Notes: generated by a model not told the origin, from the sequence alone. A stretch of DNA of 19,583 bases from Fimbriimonadales bacterium (GCA_045862955.1 BTVI01000051.1:1-19583), one strand, 5' to 3'; positions 8,315-18,058 are shown, counted from the stretch's first letter. A program made the numbers and translations.

Positions 8315-9238
8315 ATGCACGCCGTGAACTCGATCGCTCTTGGCAGTCTCGCTCCCGCCGCCACAGGCAAAGTTCGCGAGATGTTCGATTTGGGGAACGA
8401 CATCCTCATGGTCGCCACCGACCGCTTGTCGGCATTCGACGTGGTTCTGCCCACCGGCATTCCTTGCAAAGGGCACGTGCTCACCCAGCTGAGCGCGTTC
8501 TGGTTCGACCTACTGGACACGCCTCACCACATGCTGACTCTCGACTTCGAGGAGATCGCGTCGGCGGTTCGGGCAGCCGGAGGCGATCCCGTTCCAGAGC
8601 TTGCCGGTCGCTCGATGCTGGTTCGCAAGGCCAAGCCCGTGAAGTTAGAGTGCGTGGTGCGCGGATACATCTCGGGTTCGCTCTGGAAAGAATATCGTCA
8701 GGCGGGTGGGCCAGACTCCGACGTAGAGCTGCACGGCATGAAGCTTCCCGCCGGTCTGCAAGAATCGCAGCGGCTGGAGGAGCCGATCTTCACCCCTGCC
8801 ACCAAGGCGGACACCGGACACGACGAGAACATCGGGATGAGGGAAGCGGCGGAGATCGTGGGTACCGACCTGCTCGAGGAGCTTCGCAGGCGCTCGCTGT
8901 CTATCTACATGCAGGCCTCGGACCACGCAGCACGTGCCGGGCTGATTCTCGCGGACACCAAGTTCGAGTTCGGAACCTGTGACGGCCAGCTGATCTTGAT
9001 TGACGAAGTACTCACGCCCGACTCGTCCCGATACTGGGAGTCGAGCACCTACAAGCCGGGCAGCTCTCCCCCGAGCTTCGACAAGCAGTACGTGCGGGAT
9101 TACCTGGAGGGGCTGAACTGGGACAAGACGCCACCGGGGCCGGAGTTGCCCGACTACGTGGTGCAGGAGACGACGAAGAAGTACGTCGAGGCCTTTCGGC
9201 GGATTACGGGCCGCGAACTCCTCGGCGTCAGCAGCTAG
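8315..9238 (+). CDS. purC: Phosphoribosylaminoimidazole-succinocarboxamide (SAICAR) synthase
   Basis: GKVREMF, TDRLSAFDVV, ECVVRGYISGS, PIFTPATKA..GHDENI, ADTKFEFG, DEVLTPDSSRYW and FDKQYVRDYL motifs. Start placed at ATG 8315, 7 nt after TAGAAT. ATG 8306 is an alternative. Confidence 0.97.
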   Translation: MHAVNSIALGSLAPAATGKVREMFDLGNDILMVATDRLSAFDVVLPTGIPCKGHVLTQLSAFWFDLLDTPHHMLTLDFEEIASAVRAAGGDPVPELAGRSMLVRKAKPVKLECVVRGYISGSLWKEYRQAGGPDSDVELHGMKLPAGLQESQRLEEPIFTPATKADTGHDENIGMREAAEIVGTDLLEELRRRSLSIYMQASDHAARAGLILADTKFEFGTCDGQLILIDEVLTPDSSRYWESSTYKPGSSPPSFDKQYVRDYLEGLNWDKTPPGPELPDYVVQETTKKYVEAFRRITGRELLGVSS

Positions 9239-9411
9239 GCCTGAGCCTCGGGACTTACGAGAGACTTGCAGTAGGCAGCGAGCTTCTCCAGGGCGGCTCG
9301 CGTCTGCTCGTCTATGCTCTTGATGCTGATTGCGCACAGGGAGAGCAGGGCCATTGCCTCGTCTTGGGTTAGCTCGACGGTCGCCACTCTTTCCATCGTA
9401 TCGGCACTCAT
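9235..9411 (-). CDS. Small hypothetical protein, ~58 aa (MSADTMERVATVELTQDEAMALLSLC...)
   Basis: Protein-like amphipathic sequence with a purine-rich RBS (AAAGGGGA) upstream. Its stop overlaps the purC stop by 4 bp. The start is uncertain. Confidence 0.6.
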   Translation of the reverse strand: MSADTMERVATVELTQDEAMALLSLCAISIKSIDEQTRAALEKLAAYCKSLVSPEAQA

Positions 9412-9566
9412 ACGAAGGCCATCCCCTTTCACGGATGCACCCTTCTAGTACGCACGAGGCAGGTCTTCAGTTCACCGATTGGGCCGGATTCCGAGATTGT
9501 GGCAAGAATGCGGGGCCTCGCGACTTCGCGAGGGGGACGTACGGACAGGTATCCTTCTAGGGCACG

Positions 9567-10457
9567 ATGTCTTCGTCCGTAGGTCTCGAGCCACTCCGTC
9601 CGCTGCGCGCCGCCCGGGAACTCCTGGAGCTGGTGAAGTTCGAGCATTCGGTCTTCGCCCTGCCCTTTGCGCTGGTTGGCATGTTGGTAGCGGCTGACGG
9701 CTTCCCTGCCCCCCCGATCCTGGTGTGGCTGCTGGTTGCCATGGTGAGCGCGCGGAGTGCTGCCATGGCGTTCAATCGGATCGTAGACGCGAGGCTGGAT
9801 GCACTCAACCCGCGGACTGCGGGTCGCGCGCTTCCAGCGGGGCGCCTGACGATGGTGCACGCATGGGTGTTCCTGTTAGGCATGGTAGGGTTGTTCGTGC
9901 TGTCAACCTGGTTTCTCAACCCCTTGGCGCTGCGATTGGGTCCCGTGGCACTGACACTGGTGATGACGTATAGCTACTCGAAGAGGTTCACATGGCTGAG
10001 TCACCTCTGGCTCGGAGCCGCAATCGGAGTCGCGCCTACGGCGGCATGGATCGCGGTCACCGGCTCGTTGGCACCAGGTCCGGTGTGGCTCTCTGCGGCG
10101 GTGATGTGGTGGATCGCAGGCTTCGACATCCTGTATAGCTTGGCGGACGAGGAGTTCGACAGGACGCATGGGCTGCATTCCGCGCCTGCGAGATTCGGGG
10201 CGACACGTGCGATTGCCATGTCGCGCTGCTTGCACGTGCTTACTGTCGCGATGCTCGTGGGTGGTGGCATCGCCCTCGGATTGGGTATCGTATACTACGT
10301 GGGCATCGCGGTAGTAGCAATGGCACTGGCGTATGAGCAGTCGCTGGTGAAGCCCGACGATCTGCGCAGGCTGAACACCGCGTTCTTCACCGCGAACGGG
10401 TTTGTTAGTATCGCCCTGTTCGTGTTCGTTCTCGCGGATTGGATGGTACGACGGTAA
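9567..10457 (+). CDS. UbiA-family prenyltransferase (MqnP-like, futalosine menaquinone pathway)
   Basis: KFEHSVFALPFA, ARSAAMAFNRIVDARLDALNPRT..RALP, YSYSKRFT and GFDILYSLADEEFD motifs with many TM helices. Translationally coupled to mqnA. Confidence 0.92.
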   Translation: MSSSVGLEPLRPLRAARELLELVKFEHSVFALPFALVGMLVAADGFPAPPILVWLLVAMVSARSAAMAFNRIVDARLDALNPRTAGRALPAGRLTMVHAWVFLLGMVGLFVLSTWFLNPLALRLGPVALTLVMTYSYSKRFTWLSHLWLGAAIGVAPTAAWIAVTGSLAPGPVWLSAAVMWWIAGFDILYSLADEEFDRTHGLHSAPARFGATRAIAMSRCLHVLTVAMLVGGGIALGLGIVYYVGIAVVAMALAYEQSLVKPDDLRRLNTAFFTANGFVSIALFVFVLADWMVRR

Positions 10458-11320
10458 TGGACGACTTTCGCTTAGGAGCTGTTCCCTACCTGAATGCCCG
10501 TCCGCTGGTCGCCTATCTAGAACAGCCACAATGCGCCACAAAAGTGACAGTGTGCTACGACACCCCGGCGATGCTCGCGGCGGGTCTTCGGCTCGGTCAC
10601 TACCGACTCGCACTGGTCTCGTCCTATGAGGCGCTGGCAAGGCCGAACCTTCAGTTCGTTCCTGACATCTCCATCAGCACGCGGGCCGAGGTGAAAAGTG
10701 TTCGCCTCTTCTCGAAGAAACCTTTCGAGAAAATCGAGACGTTGGCACTGGACAGCGGATCGCTCACGTCGGCACATCTAGCACAGATACTACTAGCGGA
10801 GCTTTACGATGTGGTGCCGATGGTGTGCAACGAGGAGCCGGACTTGCAACGCATGCTCGAGCGTAACGACGCGTGCGTACTGATCGGTGATATCGGCATG
10901 TGGTCGGATGGGACCGGTCTACACGTGATGGACCTGGGACACGCTTGGGCCGAGCTAACCGGCCTTCCTTTCGTATGGGCCGCGTGGATCGGCGAGCCGG
11001 GCATTAGTCCCGAGCTGATACGGCTCTTGCAAGAAGCGAAGCGCTGGGGCTTGCACGCGGTGAACGCGCTCGCAGAGCAGCATGCACGGGAGCACGGACG
11101 CAATCCCGCTGCGTGCAGAGATTATCTGGGTCGTATCATGGACTACGATCTAACACGCGCGCATCTAGACGGCATCGAGCTCTTTCAAGCGCTCCTGCTG
11201 AAGCACGGGATCATCGAACACTTGTACCCGGTTACCGTAGCACCCATGTCGGGACATGGTGATGCCGGCCACCGTACCTTCGAAGGCATCGCACCCGGGT
11301 CCGCTCAGCGACCCTCGTGA
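10457..11320 (+). CDS. mqnA: Chorismate dehydratase (menaquinone futalosine pathway)
   Basis: RLGAVPYLNARPL, VKSVRLFS, SLTS..L, LIGD and DLG..W...TGLPFVWAAW motifs. TAATG stop/start overlap at 10455-10459. Confidence 0.9.
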   Translation: MDDFRLGAVPYLNARPLVAYLEQPQCATKVTVCYDTPAMLAAGLRLGHYRLALVSSYEALARPNLQFVPDISISTRAEVKSVRLFSKKPFEKIETLALDSGSLTSAHLAQILLAELYDVVPMVCNEEPDLQRMLERNDACVLIGDIGMWSDGTGLHVMDLGHAWAELTGLPFVWAAWIGEPGISPELIRLLQEAKRWGLHAVNALAEQHAREHGRNPAACRDYLGRIMDYDLTRAHLDGIELFQALLLKHGIIEHLYPVTVAPMSGHGDAGHRTFEGIAPGSAQRPS

Positions 11321-13863
11321 ATCAGTCTGCGCGTACCCAGCCCCTTACCGTGCGCACCACTCAACTCCTCTGGATAGGGCGTGTCGTACCCTTTCATCGC
11401 GAACCAGATCACCCGGTTTAGATCCTGCTCGTGTTGGACGGTCTTGAGTCCCCGGCGGTGCAACGGCACGCTTGCGCTCACCTCGGCCCAGTACCTGGCT
11501 GCTCCACCGAGCGAGCTGAGCGGAGGGTTCAGTTCATCGAGAGCGACCGACGGTGTTATGGCCCGGTAGGGAGTTAGATCTGGGGTATCCGCAAAGCAAG
11601 CGCTCATCAAAGGTGCGGAGGCGTCCTGCTGGTTGAGTGGTGGCACCCCGAAGATGCGAGCGATGGTATGTAACACCGACGTCTGGTTGTAGAACTCGCT
11701 GATCACTGCACCACGCTTCGTATAAGGGCTGATCACGAGACAGATGGACCGGTGTCCATCCACGTGATCGAAACCATTCTGCGGATCGTCCTCATTGATG
11801 AAGATGGCCGTCTTCGGCCAGAAACGGCTGTGGCTGACAGCTTCAACCAGGCGACCGATGGCCAAGTCATTGTCTGCCACGTGTGCGCGTGGTGTCGGCC
11901 ATCCGGGACTGGTGCCCGACGTGTGGTCCTGGGGTAGGTAGATGAGCACGAAGTGTGGAAGGTCTCCATCTCGCTCGAACCGCCGGAACTCCTCTAAGAA
12001 GCGGTCCATTCGCAACACATCGGGGATTGCCATGTTCCAACCGGGATAGTCGCGACAGGAATACGAGCGCAGGCGTGCTATGCCGATGTCTTGACCGAAT
12101 TCTGTGCGCTCTCCCTTCTGATACGCCTCCCACACCTCCTTGAAGCCCCAGCCGGAGGGCACGACCGCAGAGTCCATCTCACCGTAGTTGCGGAACGACA
12201 GACCTGCACCTAGGATGCTGTCCCAGATAAAGCCGCTACTGGAATAGGTAAGCGGATCGTCGCCGAAAGTGTACGAACGGGTGAACCCGCCGAAAGCTTT
12301 CTCCAGGTACGGGGTGACATTCCCTTCTGTGGCCCAGGAGTGTCCGTCTGCCGAGAGCACCCCGTTGCAGTAATAGTTGTCGAGTAGCACGAACTGCTCG
12401 GCTAGCGCGTGGTGGTTCGGCGAAATCTCACGACCGAAGGTACATAGCCTCGGGTCGCCGTCACCCTTCTCTAGGTCACCGAACATCTGATCGTACGTTC
12501 GGTTCTCTTTGATCACATAGATCACGTGCTCGAATACGGAAGGATCACCCGTGCGTTCGGGCACGGGCCGAGGCGAGGCATCGCCCATCCCGGCCCTCTC
12601 GAAAGACCGCAGGATCTGAGGAACTTTGCCGTAGCGTCGAACCTGCGAGGTCATGCGTGCCAGGTCGGCCGGGACTGGAGCGGTGAAGCGCTGGAGCGAA
12701 CCGCGATGATCGTGAGAGTTCCATCCTCTTTCCACCTCCCTTACGGGAGTTCTGGAGCCGATGCCCTTGTTCGCAGCCACGAACACGTCGGTGCCATAAG
12801 TCGCGAGGGCCGCCGGATACCACCCACTCGGAACGAAACCGAGTACAAAGGGAGCGTTGGGACGCGAAATATCTACCACTGCAATCGCGTTGTTTCCCGC
12901 TAGTGCAACGTACAAACACTTGCCGTCCGGTGAGGCCGCTAGAGCGTTCGGCATGGAGCCGAACGGCAGCTTGGTATCGGGCTTGAGGGTAAGGTCGAAG
13001 AGCGCCGTCTTGGTAGTAGTGTCGATCCATGTGACGGAGTCCGAGTTGGCGTTTGCACAAAGCAGGAGATGGGTGTCGTCCAGGAGGAGCAGGTCGCACG
13101 GTTGGAGCCCTACCGGTACCATACCAGCCGTGTGTCCTTCGTCAAGAGACACTTCGTACACGGCACCCGAAGCTGCCACCCCACGGTCATCTACCAACGT
13201 GGGAGTCCCCGCGGAAGGTGCGTTCGGCTCATCTGCTACCGGCGGCCTGCCACCCATCACGGTCACCCAAAGTCGGCCCGCTGCTACGTCCAACACCACG
13301 TCGTACGGGGCGACACCTACTGCAATCTCCTTGGACAGCGTGCCTCCAGCGAGGTCCACGATCCCCACGGAGTTGTTTCGCGACAGGCACACGTAGGCAG
13401 TCGCTTCGTCCTGTGATAGCGCGATGCCACATGGGAAGGACGCCCCTCGACCACCGGGACCCGGGATGTGGATGCTGCGCGACAGAGCATAGGTACCATC
13501 TTCCGAGACGTGGAACTCGTGCAGTTGGTCGGAAGCGTTGGTCACCCAGACCTTGGACGCATCGTGCGACACGGCGATACCGTGAAGCGAGGCACCGCCG
13601 GGGAGTGCGACCGTCTGGAGCAGCTTCCAACTCACGGCATCAACGACTCTCAGGGCTGCTCGGTCCTTCACGAACAGCAGCTTGCCATCGTCCGACATTG
13701 TTACGTCCACCGGCCTGCCACGATCTAGCTCGAGAACCTGCCCTGCAGGGCGAATCATCCGGCTGGTGGGGAGCAGGTGCGACCCGTCCGGCTGCGGCCC
13801 GACTTGACGAGTGTCGGAGGACTGGAACAGGAAGAGAGCTAAGCCAAGAGATACGATCAGCAT
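11305..13863 (-). CDS. Secreted YncE/YVTN beta-propeller plus alkaline-phosphatase-superfamily (phosphoesterase) fusion protein
   Basis: Repeated IAVGVAPY/VPVGLQP/ANANSDSV blades. C-terminal HVIYVIKENRTYDQMFGD, PNHHALA, SADGHSW, DHTSG and EDDPQNGFDHVDGHRS motifs. Start placed at MLIVSLGLAL (13863). 13923 is an alternative. Confidence 0.88.
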   Translation of the reverse strand: MLIVSLGLALFLFQSSDTRQVGPQPDGSHLLPTSRMIRPAGQVLELDRGRPVDVTMSDDGKLLFVKDRAALRVVDAVSWKLLQTVALPGGASLHGIAVSHDASKVWVTNASDQLHEFHVSEDGTYALSRSIHIPGPGGRGASFPCGIALSQDEATAYVCLSRNNSVGIVDLAGGTLSKEIAVGVAPYDVVLDVAAGRLWVTVMGGRPPVADEPNAPSAGTPTLVDDRGVAASGAVYEVSLDEGHTAGMVPVGLQPCDLLLLDDTHLLLCANANSDSVTWIDTTTKTALFDLTLKPDTKLPFGSMPNALAASPDGKCLYVALAGNNAIAVVDISRPNAPFVLGFVPSGWYPAALATYGTDVFVAANKGIGSRTPVREVERGWNSHDHRGSLQRFTAPVPADLARMTSQVRRYGKVPQILRSFERAGMGDASPRPVPERTGDPSVFEHVIYVIKENRTYDQMFGDLEKGDGDPRLCTFGREISPNHHALAEQFVLLDNYYCNGVLSADGHSWATEGNVTPYLEKAFGGFTRSYTFGDDPLTYSSSGFIWDSILGAGLSFRNYGEMDSAVVPSGWGFKEVWEAYQKGERTEFGQDIGIARLRSYSCRDYPGWNMAIPDVLRMDRFLEEFRRFERDGDLPHFVLIYLPQDHTSGTSPGWPTPRAHVADNDLAIGRLVEAVSHSRFWPKTAIFINEDDPQNGFDHVDGHRSICLVISPYTKRGAVISEFYNQTSVLHTIARIFGVPPLNQQDASAPLMSACFADTPDLTPYRAITPSVALDELNPPLSSLGGAARYWAEVSASVPLHRRGLKTVQHEQDLNRVIWFAMKGYDTPYPEELSGAHGKGLGTRRLIHEGR

Positions 13864-13970
13864 AATGCCGGATTCGAGGTGCTGCGGGCACGGCCCTGCT
13901 AAGCATGCAAACGTCGTGATCATTTGGCGCCGAGGTCAACTGCTCGACCACGGCACTCGCTCGGAGACGC

Positions 13971-15002
13971 TTACGCCGAGATAGTAGCCGGCAAGCTAAC
14001 CTTCGCCCCACCCTGCCGCGCGCTGCGGTACACCGCATCCACGAACTCGAGGGTCTCTAGGGCGGTTTTTCCACTCACCTCCGGCTCACGACGGTCGGCA
14101 ACGGAAGATACGAAGTCCGCCAGCTGCATGCGGTGCTGCTCACCCCAAATCGCACTCGGGTCGGCCGCTCCACTCGATGCCGGCTCGGCGCGGCCGGTCG
14201 GAGCGGAGGTGCCTTCGACGTCCCAACGCACGGGGCGGTCTGCCTCGATGACGATGGTACCGCGCTCACCGTGCAGTTCTAAGCGTTCTGGCAGGCCCGG
14301 GTAGCAGCAGGTGGATGCTTGAATCACACCCGTGGCACCAGTGGCAAACTCCACCATCACTGCCACTACGTCCTCACACTCCATCCTATGACACGCCGTT
14401 CGGGTGTGTGCGCGGACGGACGCGGCCGGCCCCATGATCCAGAGCAACAGGTCCACGTAGTGGATGGCCTGGTTCATCAGACATCCACCATCCAGCTTGC
14501 GAGTGCCACGCCAGTCGCCGCTATCGTAGTACTCCTGAGACCGATGCCACTTAACGTAAGCATCGCCCATGATGATCCGACCTAGCAGTCCGCCCCGCAC
14601 TGCGTCACGTGCAGCACGCACGCTGGCGGCGAATCGATGCTGACTGATGCATGCCAGCGTGAGGCCCACTTCATCACACTCCTCCACCAACCTCCTCGCA
14701 GCGCGAACGCTGACATCGATCGGCTTCTCGACCACCACGTGCTTCCCGGCGCGTGCGGCGCGCATGCCAATCGAGGCATGAGTGCCACTCGGGGTGCACA
14801 CGTCCACGGCATCCACCCGTCGAAGCAGCGGGCCGAGCGAGTCGAACCACGGCACCTCGTACTTCTCCCCTGCTGCCCTTGCGCGGTCGGAGTTGACATC
14901 CATTACTGCAGCCAACTCCGCACCCTCTATCCTTCGGATTGCCTCACAGTGGGTGGCGTGAATCGCGCCGCATCCTATAACACCGATTCGCAGCGCGGAC
15001 AC
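13971..15002 (-). CDS. Gfo/Idh/MocA-family oxidoreductase
   Basis: RIGVIGCGAI, VCTPSGTH, GKHVVVEKP, GGCLMNQAIHYVDLL and ED motifs. GTG start 2 nt after the stop of the upstream isomerase. Confidence 0.92.
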   Translation of the reverse strand: MSALRIGVIGCGAIHATHCEAIRRIEGAELAAVMDVNSDRARAAGEKYEVPWFDSLGPLLRRVDAVDVCTPSGTHASIGMRAARAGKHVVVEKPIDVSVRAARRLVEECDEVGLTLACISQHRFAASVRAARDAVRGGLLGRIIMGDAYVKWHRSQEYYDSGDWRGTRKLDGGCLMNQAIHYVDLLLWIMGPAASVRAHTRTACHRMECEDVVAVMVEFATGATGVIQASTCCYPGLPERLELHGERGTIVIEADRPVRWDVEGTSAPTGRAEPASSGAADPSAIWGEQHRMQLADFVSSVADRREPEVSGKTALETLEFVDAVYRSARQGGAKVSLPATISA

Positions 15003-15004
15003 TA

Positions 15005-15757
15005 CTACTCCGTCAGGCCCTTGGACCGTAGGAACTCGGTGGAGATGCGAACGGACTCGATGTGCTCGCGCGGGCAGGTATCCAGCTCGATGAAGGCGTA
15101 CTCGGAACCTGCCTCCTTGCATGCGGCGATGATATCATCCCAGTCCAGAATCCCCTGTCCCGGCTCGACGAACGAGCGCTCCTCGTCCCTGCCCATGTCT
15201 TTGAAGTGCAGCACCGGTACGCGCCCTTTCAGCTTGCGGATGTAAGCGGCCGGATCATATCCACCATGCTTCACCCAATAGGTGTCTAGCTCGGCGCCTA
15301 TCAGCTTCGGGTCGGCTGCGTCGAAGAATGCATCATATCCGACCTTGCCATCTGGCTCTTTAGCAAACTCGAAGCTGTGATTGTGATACAGGAATCGGAA
15401 GCCGCGCTCGTGCACCTTGCGAGCGATAGGCTCGAGCTCTTTAGCGAACTTCGCCCAACCCTGTCCGTATTGCACCTTGTCTACCCACGGCAGTACGATA
15501 TATCCATACTCCAGAATCGTCGCCTCTTCGATCACGCGCTCGAAGTCGTTGTGGAGCTGCTCCAAGCCGACGTGCACGGCAACTGCCTTCATGTCCATCC
15601 GTTTGAAGTGCTCGAGCACTGTTGCGGGGGTATGGCCATACAGACCGCCGGAGATCTGGCAGTAGCGAAGGCCGAGCGCACGCACCTTTTCCAGCGTGCC
15701 GAAAAAGTCCTTTGCCAACAGGTCGCGCAGTGTGTAGTTCTGAATGCCGAGCTTCAT
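15005..15757 (-). CDS. Sugar phosphate isomerase/epimerase (xylose-isomerase-like TIM barrel)
   Basis: GIQNYTLRD, YHNHSFEF, ELDTYW, HFKD, G.G.LDW and FIELD motifs, with a GGAGG RBS. Confidence 0.92.
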   Translation of the reverse strand: MKLGIQNYTLRDLLAKDFFGTLEKVRALGLRYCQISGGLYGHTPATVLEHFKRMDMKAVAVHVGLEQLHNDFERVIEEATILEYGYIVLPWVDKVQYGQGWAKFAKELEPIARKVHERGFRFLYHNHSFEFAKEPDGKVGYDAFFDAADPKLIGAELDTYWVKHGGYDPAAYIRKLKGRVPVLHFKDMGRDEERSFVEPGQGILDWDDIIAACKEAGSEYAFIELDTCPREHIESVRISTEFLRSKGLTE

Positions 15758-15873
15758 AGTCCCTCCGTGTGAGGCTGCGTTGCCTCTTCGTCTTGCTGTT
15801 CGCCGCCCATGTGGAGGGAGCCTGCAGGAAGTCCCAGGGCCATCCCGGAACTCCTGCGAAGCGAGGTGAAGCT

Positions 15874-17187
15874 ATGTCAACGGACATCTCCCGGAGAGCG
15901 TTTCTGAGAACTACCGCGGCCGGCATGGTTGCAGCCGGTCTGCCGAAGTGGTTCGTGGCCGAAGCCGAGGCTGCAGAGGCGGCGCAAGCGGCTCAGAGGA
16001 GGCCCATCGGCCCGAACGACACCATCAACATCGGCTGCATCGGGACGGGTGGGCGCAAGGGCGGGTTTCAGCAAGGCCTGAACGTCGCGCGGTGGGTCGC
16101 GAGCAAGCCCGGCGTGAAGCTCGTGGCCGTGTGCGACGTGGACGCGACCCACAAGCGCGAGGCTGCGGCGGCCGTCGGGCCCGACTGCGCCATGTACTCG
16201 GACTTTCGCGAGCTTCTGGAGCGCAAGGACATAGATGCGGTGGTCATCGGCACGCCGGACCACTGGCACGCCGTCATCTGCGCCGCGGCGATGCGCGCGG
16301 GCAAGGACGTCTATTGCGAGAAGCCCTTGACCCTCACCATTGACGAAGGCAAACGCATAACGCGCATCTGGAAGCAGACCGGCGCCGTGTTTCAGACCGG
16401 AAGCCAGCAGCGTTCTGACGGGCAGTTCCGGCTGGCGTGCGAACTGGTGCGGAATGGGCGGATCGGCAACATTGAGCGTGTGGAAGCACACTTGCCCGCC
16501 GGGGCGACGGGCGGCCCCTTCGCAGTGAAGCCGGTGCCAACGGACCTCGACTGGAACATGTGGCTAGGGCCCGCGCCGTACACCGATTACGTGCCCGAAC
16601 GCACCCATGGTAGTTTCCGCCACTGGTTGGAGTACTCAGGCGGCATGATGACAGACTGGGGCGCACACCACAACGACATCGCGCAGTGGGGACTCGGCAT
16701 GGATCGCTCGGGACCAATCGCGGTGGAGGCGGTGGGTGTGCGGCACTTCGGGCACAACTGCTTCAACGCGTTTCAGGAGTTCGAGGTGACATACAGCTAC
16801 CCTGGCGGCGTGCAGTTAGTTACCAGTCACAAGGGCGAGAACGGCGTGCACTTCCAGGGTGACGAGGGGTGGATCTTCGTCAGCCGTGGGGTCTTGCGCG
16901 CGAGCGACCAGAGACTGCTCGAGGAGCCTCTGCCGTCGAACGCCGAGCGGCTGTATGTGTCGAACGACCACGCGGCGAACTTCGTCGAGTGCATGCGCAG
17001 TCGAAAGCAGCCGATCTGTGATTGCGAGATCGGGCATCGGTCGGTGTCGGTATGTCATCTGGGTAACATATGCCTACGACTCGGTGGGCGACGACTGGAG
17101 TGGGACCCGGAGAAGGAAGACTTCCTGGCAGACGCCGAAGCCAGCCAGCTGGTGGCACGCAGGATGCGTGGGGCCTGGAGCGTGTAG
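15874..17187 (+). CDS. Tat-exported Gfo/Idh/MocA-family oxidoreductase
   Basis: GAGGTG RBS and ATG 15874. Twin-arginine motif SRRAFL, then TPDHWH, GKDVYCEKPLT, QTGSQQRS, LDWNMWLGPAP and GGMMTDWGAHHND. Confidence 0.93.
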   Translation: MSTDISRRAFLRTTAAGMVAAGLPKWFVAEAEAAEAAQAAQRRPIGPNDTINIGCIGTGGRKGGFQQGLNVARWVASKPGVKLVAVCDVDATHKREAAAAVGPDCAMYSDFRELLERKDIDAVVIGTPDHWHAVICAAAMRAGKDVYCEKPLTLTIDEGKRITRIWKQTGAVFQTGSQQRSDGQFRLACELVRNGRIGNIERVEAHLPAGATGGPFAVKPVPTDLDWNMWLGPAPYTDYVPERTHGSFRHWLEYSGGMMTDWGAHHNDIAQWGLGMDRSGPIAVEAVGVRHFGHNCFNAFQEFEVTYSYPGGVQLVTSHKGENGVHFQGDEGWIFVSRGVLRASDQRLLEEPLPSNAERLYVSNDHAANFVECMRSRKQPICDCEIGHRSVSVCHLGNICLRLGGRRLEWDPEKEDFLADAEASQLVARRMRGAWSV

Positions 17188-17621
17188 CACCACCCACCTC
17201 CGCTAGCTCGTGATGCCCCCACCGCCCCTGCGGTGGAGGCTCTCCGCTCCTTCCTCCCGACACGCACGATACACAATGCCTAGAGGTTGCGGCTGCAGCG
17301 ATCGTGCGCAGGCAACTGGGCCTGGCAGCCGAACGTCGAGGTGGGAGAGCTTTTGCGTCCATCCACCGTCGCTTGCGCCACCCCCATCCGTCCTCACTTA
17401 CCACGCCCCCCTCTCTGCCCTCGGACGTGGTGGGAGGGGGGGACCCAATCGCCGAGTCGAACTACAGGCACGCCATCCGCCCTCGAGTCTGGCTGGAGGG
17501 GAGTACCTCCGTCGGCAGGGTGGTGCCCATCCGAGGACGGAAGGGCACATGAGGCTGGGTTTCGCTTAGTCGCCGACGTGCGGCGTCTATCCGAGGGCGG
17601 ATGGACTACCCACGACTCATC

Positions 17622-18058
17622 CGGTAATCGCGTCCTCACCACCCGCAGCGTCATGCTGAGCCACAGCGTCATGCTAAGCCTGTCGAAGCATGCACACGCA
17701 GGCAGCACGTCACCGTCTTCAGGTCACACGGTAATCGCGTCCTCACCACCCACAGCGTCATGCTGAGCCTGTCGAAGCATGCACACGCAAGCAGCACGCC
17801 ACCGTCTTTAGGTCACACGGTAATCGCGTCCTCACCACCCGCAGCGTCATGCTGAGCCACAGCGTCATGCTGAGCCTGTCGAAGCATGCGCACGCAGGCA
17901 GCAAGTCATCGCCTTCAGGTCACACGGTAATCGCGTCCTCACCACCCGCAGCGTCATGCTGAGCCTGTCGAAGCATGCACACGCAGGCAGCACGTCACGA
18001 TCTTCGCAGGTTGCGGATGCGGGAGCCGGCGTCATGCTTCGACAGGCTCAGCATGACG
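17622..18058. repeat. Cluster of four tandem units carrying the REP-type palindrome GTCATGCTGAGCCTGTCGAAGCATG, ending in a complete inverted pair
   Basis: Units start (CGGTAATCGCGTCCTCACCACCC) at 17622, 17729, 17818 and 17925. A perfect 26-bp inverted repeat spans 17952-17977 / 18033-18058. Confidence 0.93.

Noticed and set aside
17203..17766. Several 60-160 aa ORFs in the intergenic gap
   Set aside because: Overlapping frames on both strands with low-complexity composition and no homology cues, as expected by chance in GC-rich DNA.
17622..18058. Second CRISPR array
   Set aside because: The intervening sequences are near-identical rather than unique spacers, and the last repeat is inverted. 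This is REP-like tandem DNA.
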